Positions 61,825 to 64,000 of a DNA stretch of 64,000 nucleotides are shown here, piece after piece. Source of the stretch: Eledone cirrhosa (taxonomy: Eukaryota); NCBI GenBank assembly GCA_964016885.1, contig OZ024741.1, forward strand, positions 62,558,001 to 62,622,000, in the 5' to 3' direction. The first letter of the stretch is position 1, and each line of letters opens with the position of its first letter. Made by a program: the position numbers and the translations under genes. The notes under the pieces were generated by a model. That model made no database searches. It was not told the origin of the DNA and saw only the letters and a program-made list of their open reading frames with translations.

Positions 61825-62020
61825 CTCGGCGGGATTTGAACTCAGATCGTAAAGGGACGTAACTCTTTGCCATGCTTTAACGCAAAGAGTTACGTCCCTT
61901 TACGATCTGAGTTCGAATCCCGCCGAGGTTAACTTTGCCTTTCATCCTTACAGGGTCGATGAAATAAAGTACCAGTAATGTACTAGGTAATTGCTGGCCT
62001 TGTGCCAAAAGTAGAAACTA
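61825..62020 (+). mobile_element. CORE-type SINE with 5' inverted duplication forming a 46-bp hairpin
   Basis: 61825-61870 is the reverse complement of 61882-61927. Confidence 0.88.
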
Positions 62021-62157
62021 TTTATTTTATTTCACTCTTACTTACTCACTAGGTTTTTAAGTGTACTCACTTAAGGTTATATGTGGGCGCATATGCAGAC
62101 AGACTTATTTGTACTTACATATTTACGTGTTTTTATTTATATGTATGTGTGTGTGTA

Positions 62158-63203
<1,046 letters not shown>

Positions 63204-63204
63204 A

Positions 63205-64000
63205 ATTTCGTTTCTGAATTTGTTTAGCAATATTCTTTATCTGAAAACGTCTGTTGAAACCGATATTGTTATACTTTGGGAGGGTCATGTTGCCAATACG
63301 AAACATACGCACCAGCTGATTTCACTTCAGTTTATTATAAATTTCCAGTTGGTTGCTTGGTTCCACAACCGGATGGTTGTTAATATATTGTCAAAGTTCT
63401 TTCGTCACACATTCTGTGACCTCTTTAGTGACTGGGGATTATTTTCTTTGTTTTGTGCCCCTCCTTAGTTCTGTCATACGCCATCTTGTTTTTGTGTGTG
63501 TTGTGTTCTTAGTTTGCGCATGTGTTACATCCGGGTGTCTGTGTGCGTTTTTATTTGTTTATTTATTTATTTGTTTATTTACATGTTACTAGTTAGTTGT
63601 TTGTTCTATGTGTGTGTGTTTTCATTTTTTGTCCTTAATTGTAAGTTGTGATGTTACTATTCCATTCATGTTTTCTATTTAATTTCGGTTGGAGTTCATT
63701 TATGTTTATTGCCTCTGTGATTTGTCTAAACATTGCGTCTTTTCTGTGTCTAGATTTTTTTTTTTTTCTGTGTTCTCTAATTTGCCTTATGTTCTATTTT
63801 AGCATGTTGGTGGAGTACTGATAAGTCTTTTCAATCTTGGAGTTCTCGCCAGTGTTCATTTAATCGTTCTCCGATGCTACGAGCTGTCTCACCTATGTAC
63901 ATTATATTCTTATCTTTACATTGTCCCTCAGTACATCTTATGCTATATATTATGTTTCTAGTTTTACAGTTAATATGGGGCTTAGTTTACAGATTATGCA
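63205..64000 (-). mobile_element. Penelope-like element 3' part: GIY-YIG endonuclease (64000-63650) plus 3' repeat ending at (TA)n; runs off the window
   Basis: CIIC...NCKTRNIIYSIRC...MYIGETARSIGERLNEH...SVLHQHAKIEH...RQITEAININELQPKLNRKHEW; one stop and frameshifts. Confidence 0.9.
63390..63432 (-). ncRNA. Degenerate hammerhead motif in PLE repeat
   Basis: gtca-CTAAAGA-g-gtcac/gtgac-GAAA-gaac-tt-tgac; core G5 changed to A. Confidence 0.5.

Overview
AT-rich, repeat-dominated animal genomic DNA, most likely an octopod cephalopod (inferred from the SINE families, the KPYHCDICGK-style C2H2 zinc-finger relic and the abundant (TA)n/(TACA)n tracts). I see no intact protein-coding gene. Gene-derived content: an intron-containing NOL10 pseudogene on the minus strand (5 recognisable exons, 47551 to 40874, with stops and frameshifts) and a decayed C2H2 zinc-finger array (24980-25280) abutting an ~11.8-kb C/A-rich minisatellite (13140-24960). 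Mobile DNA: an R4/Dong-clade LINE whose N-terminal 752-bp module is tandemly repeated in an ABAB pattern; two RTE LINEs with an inserted PHD-like finger; fragments of CR1, Rex3/Expander-like RTE and CRE LINEs; a decayed Tc1/mariner element; piggyBac-type and other MITEs; many SINEs; and several Penelope-like element (PLE) remnants. The most notable signals are RNA-level. (i) Minimal type I hammerhead ribozyme motifs, three with intact cores, lie in or beside fold-back inverted repeats in the first 1.2 kb, and degenerate ones lie next to GIY-YIG remnants. (ii) A ~600-bp non-coding retroelement has four copies embedded in (TATG)n tracts; its longest copy begins at a candidate HDV-like ribozyme fold, and it sits head-to-head with R4/Dong 3' ends at two loci. 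All assignments come from manual reading and remembered family motifs; no searches or folding programs were run, and most element boundaries are approximate.
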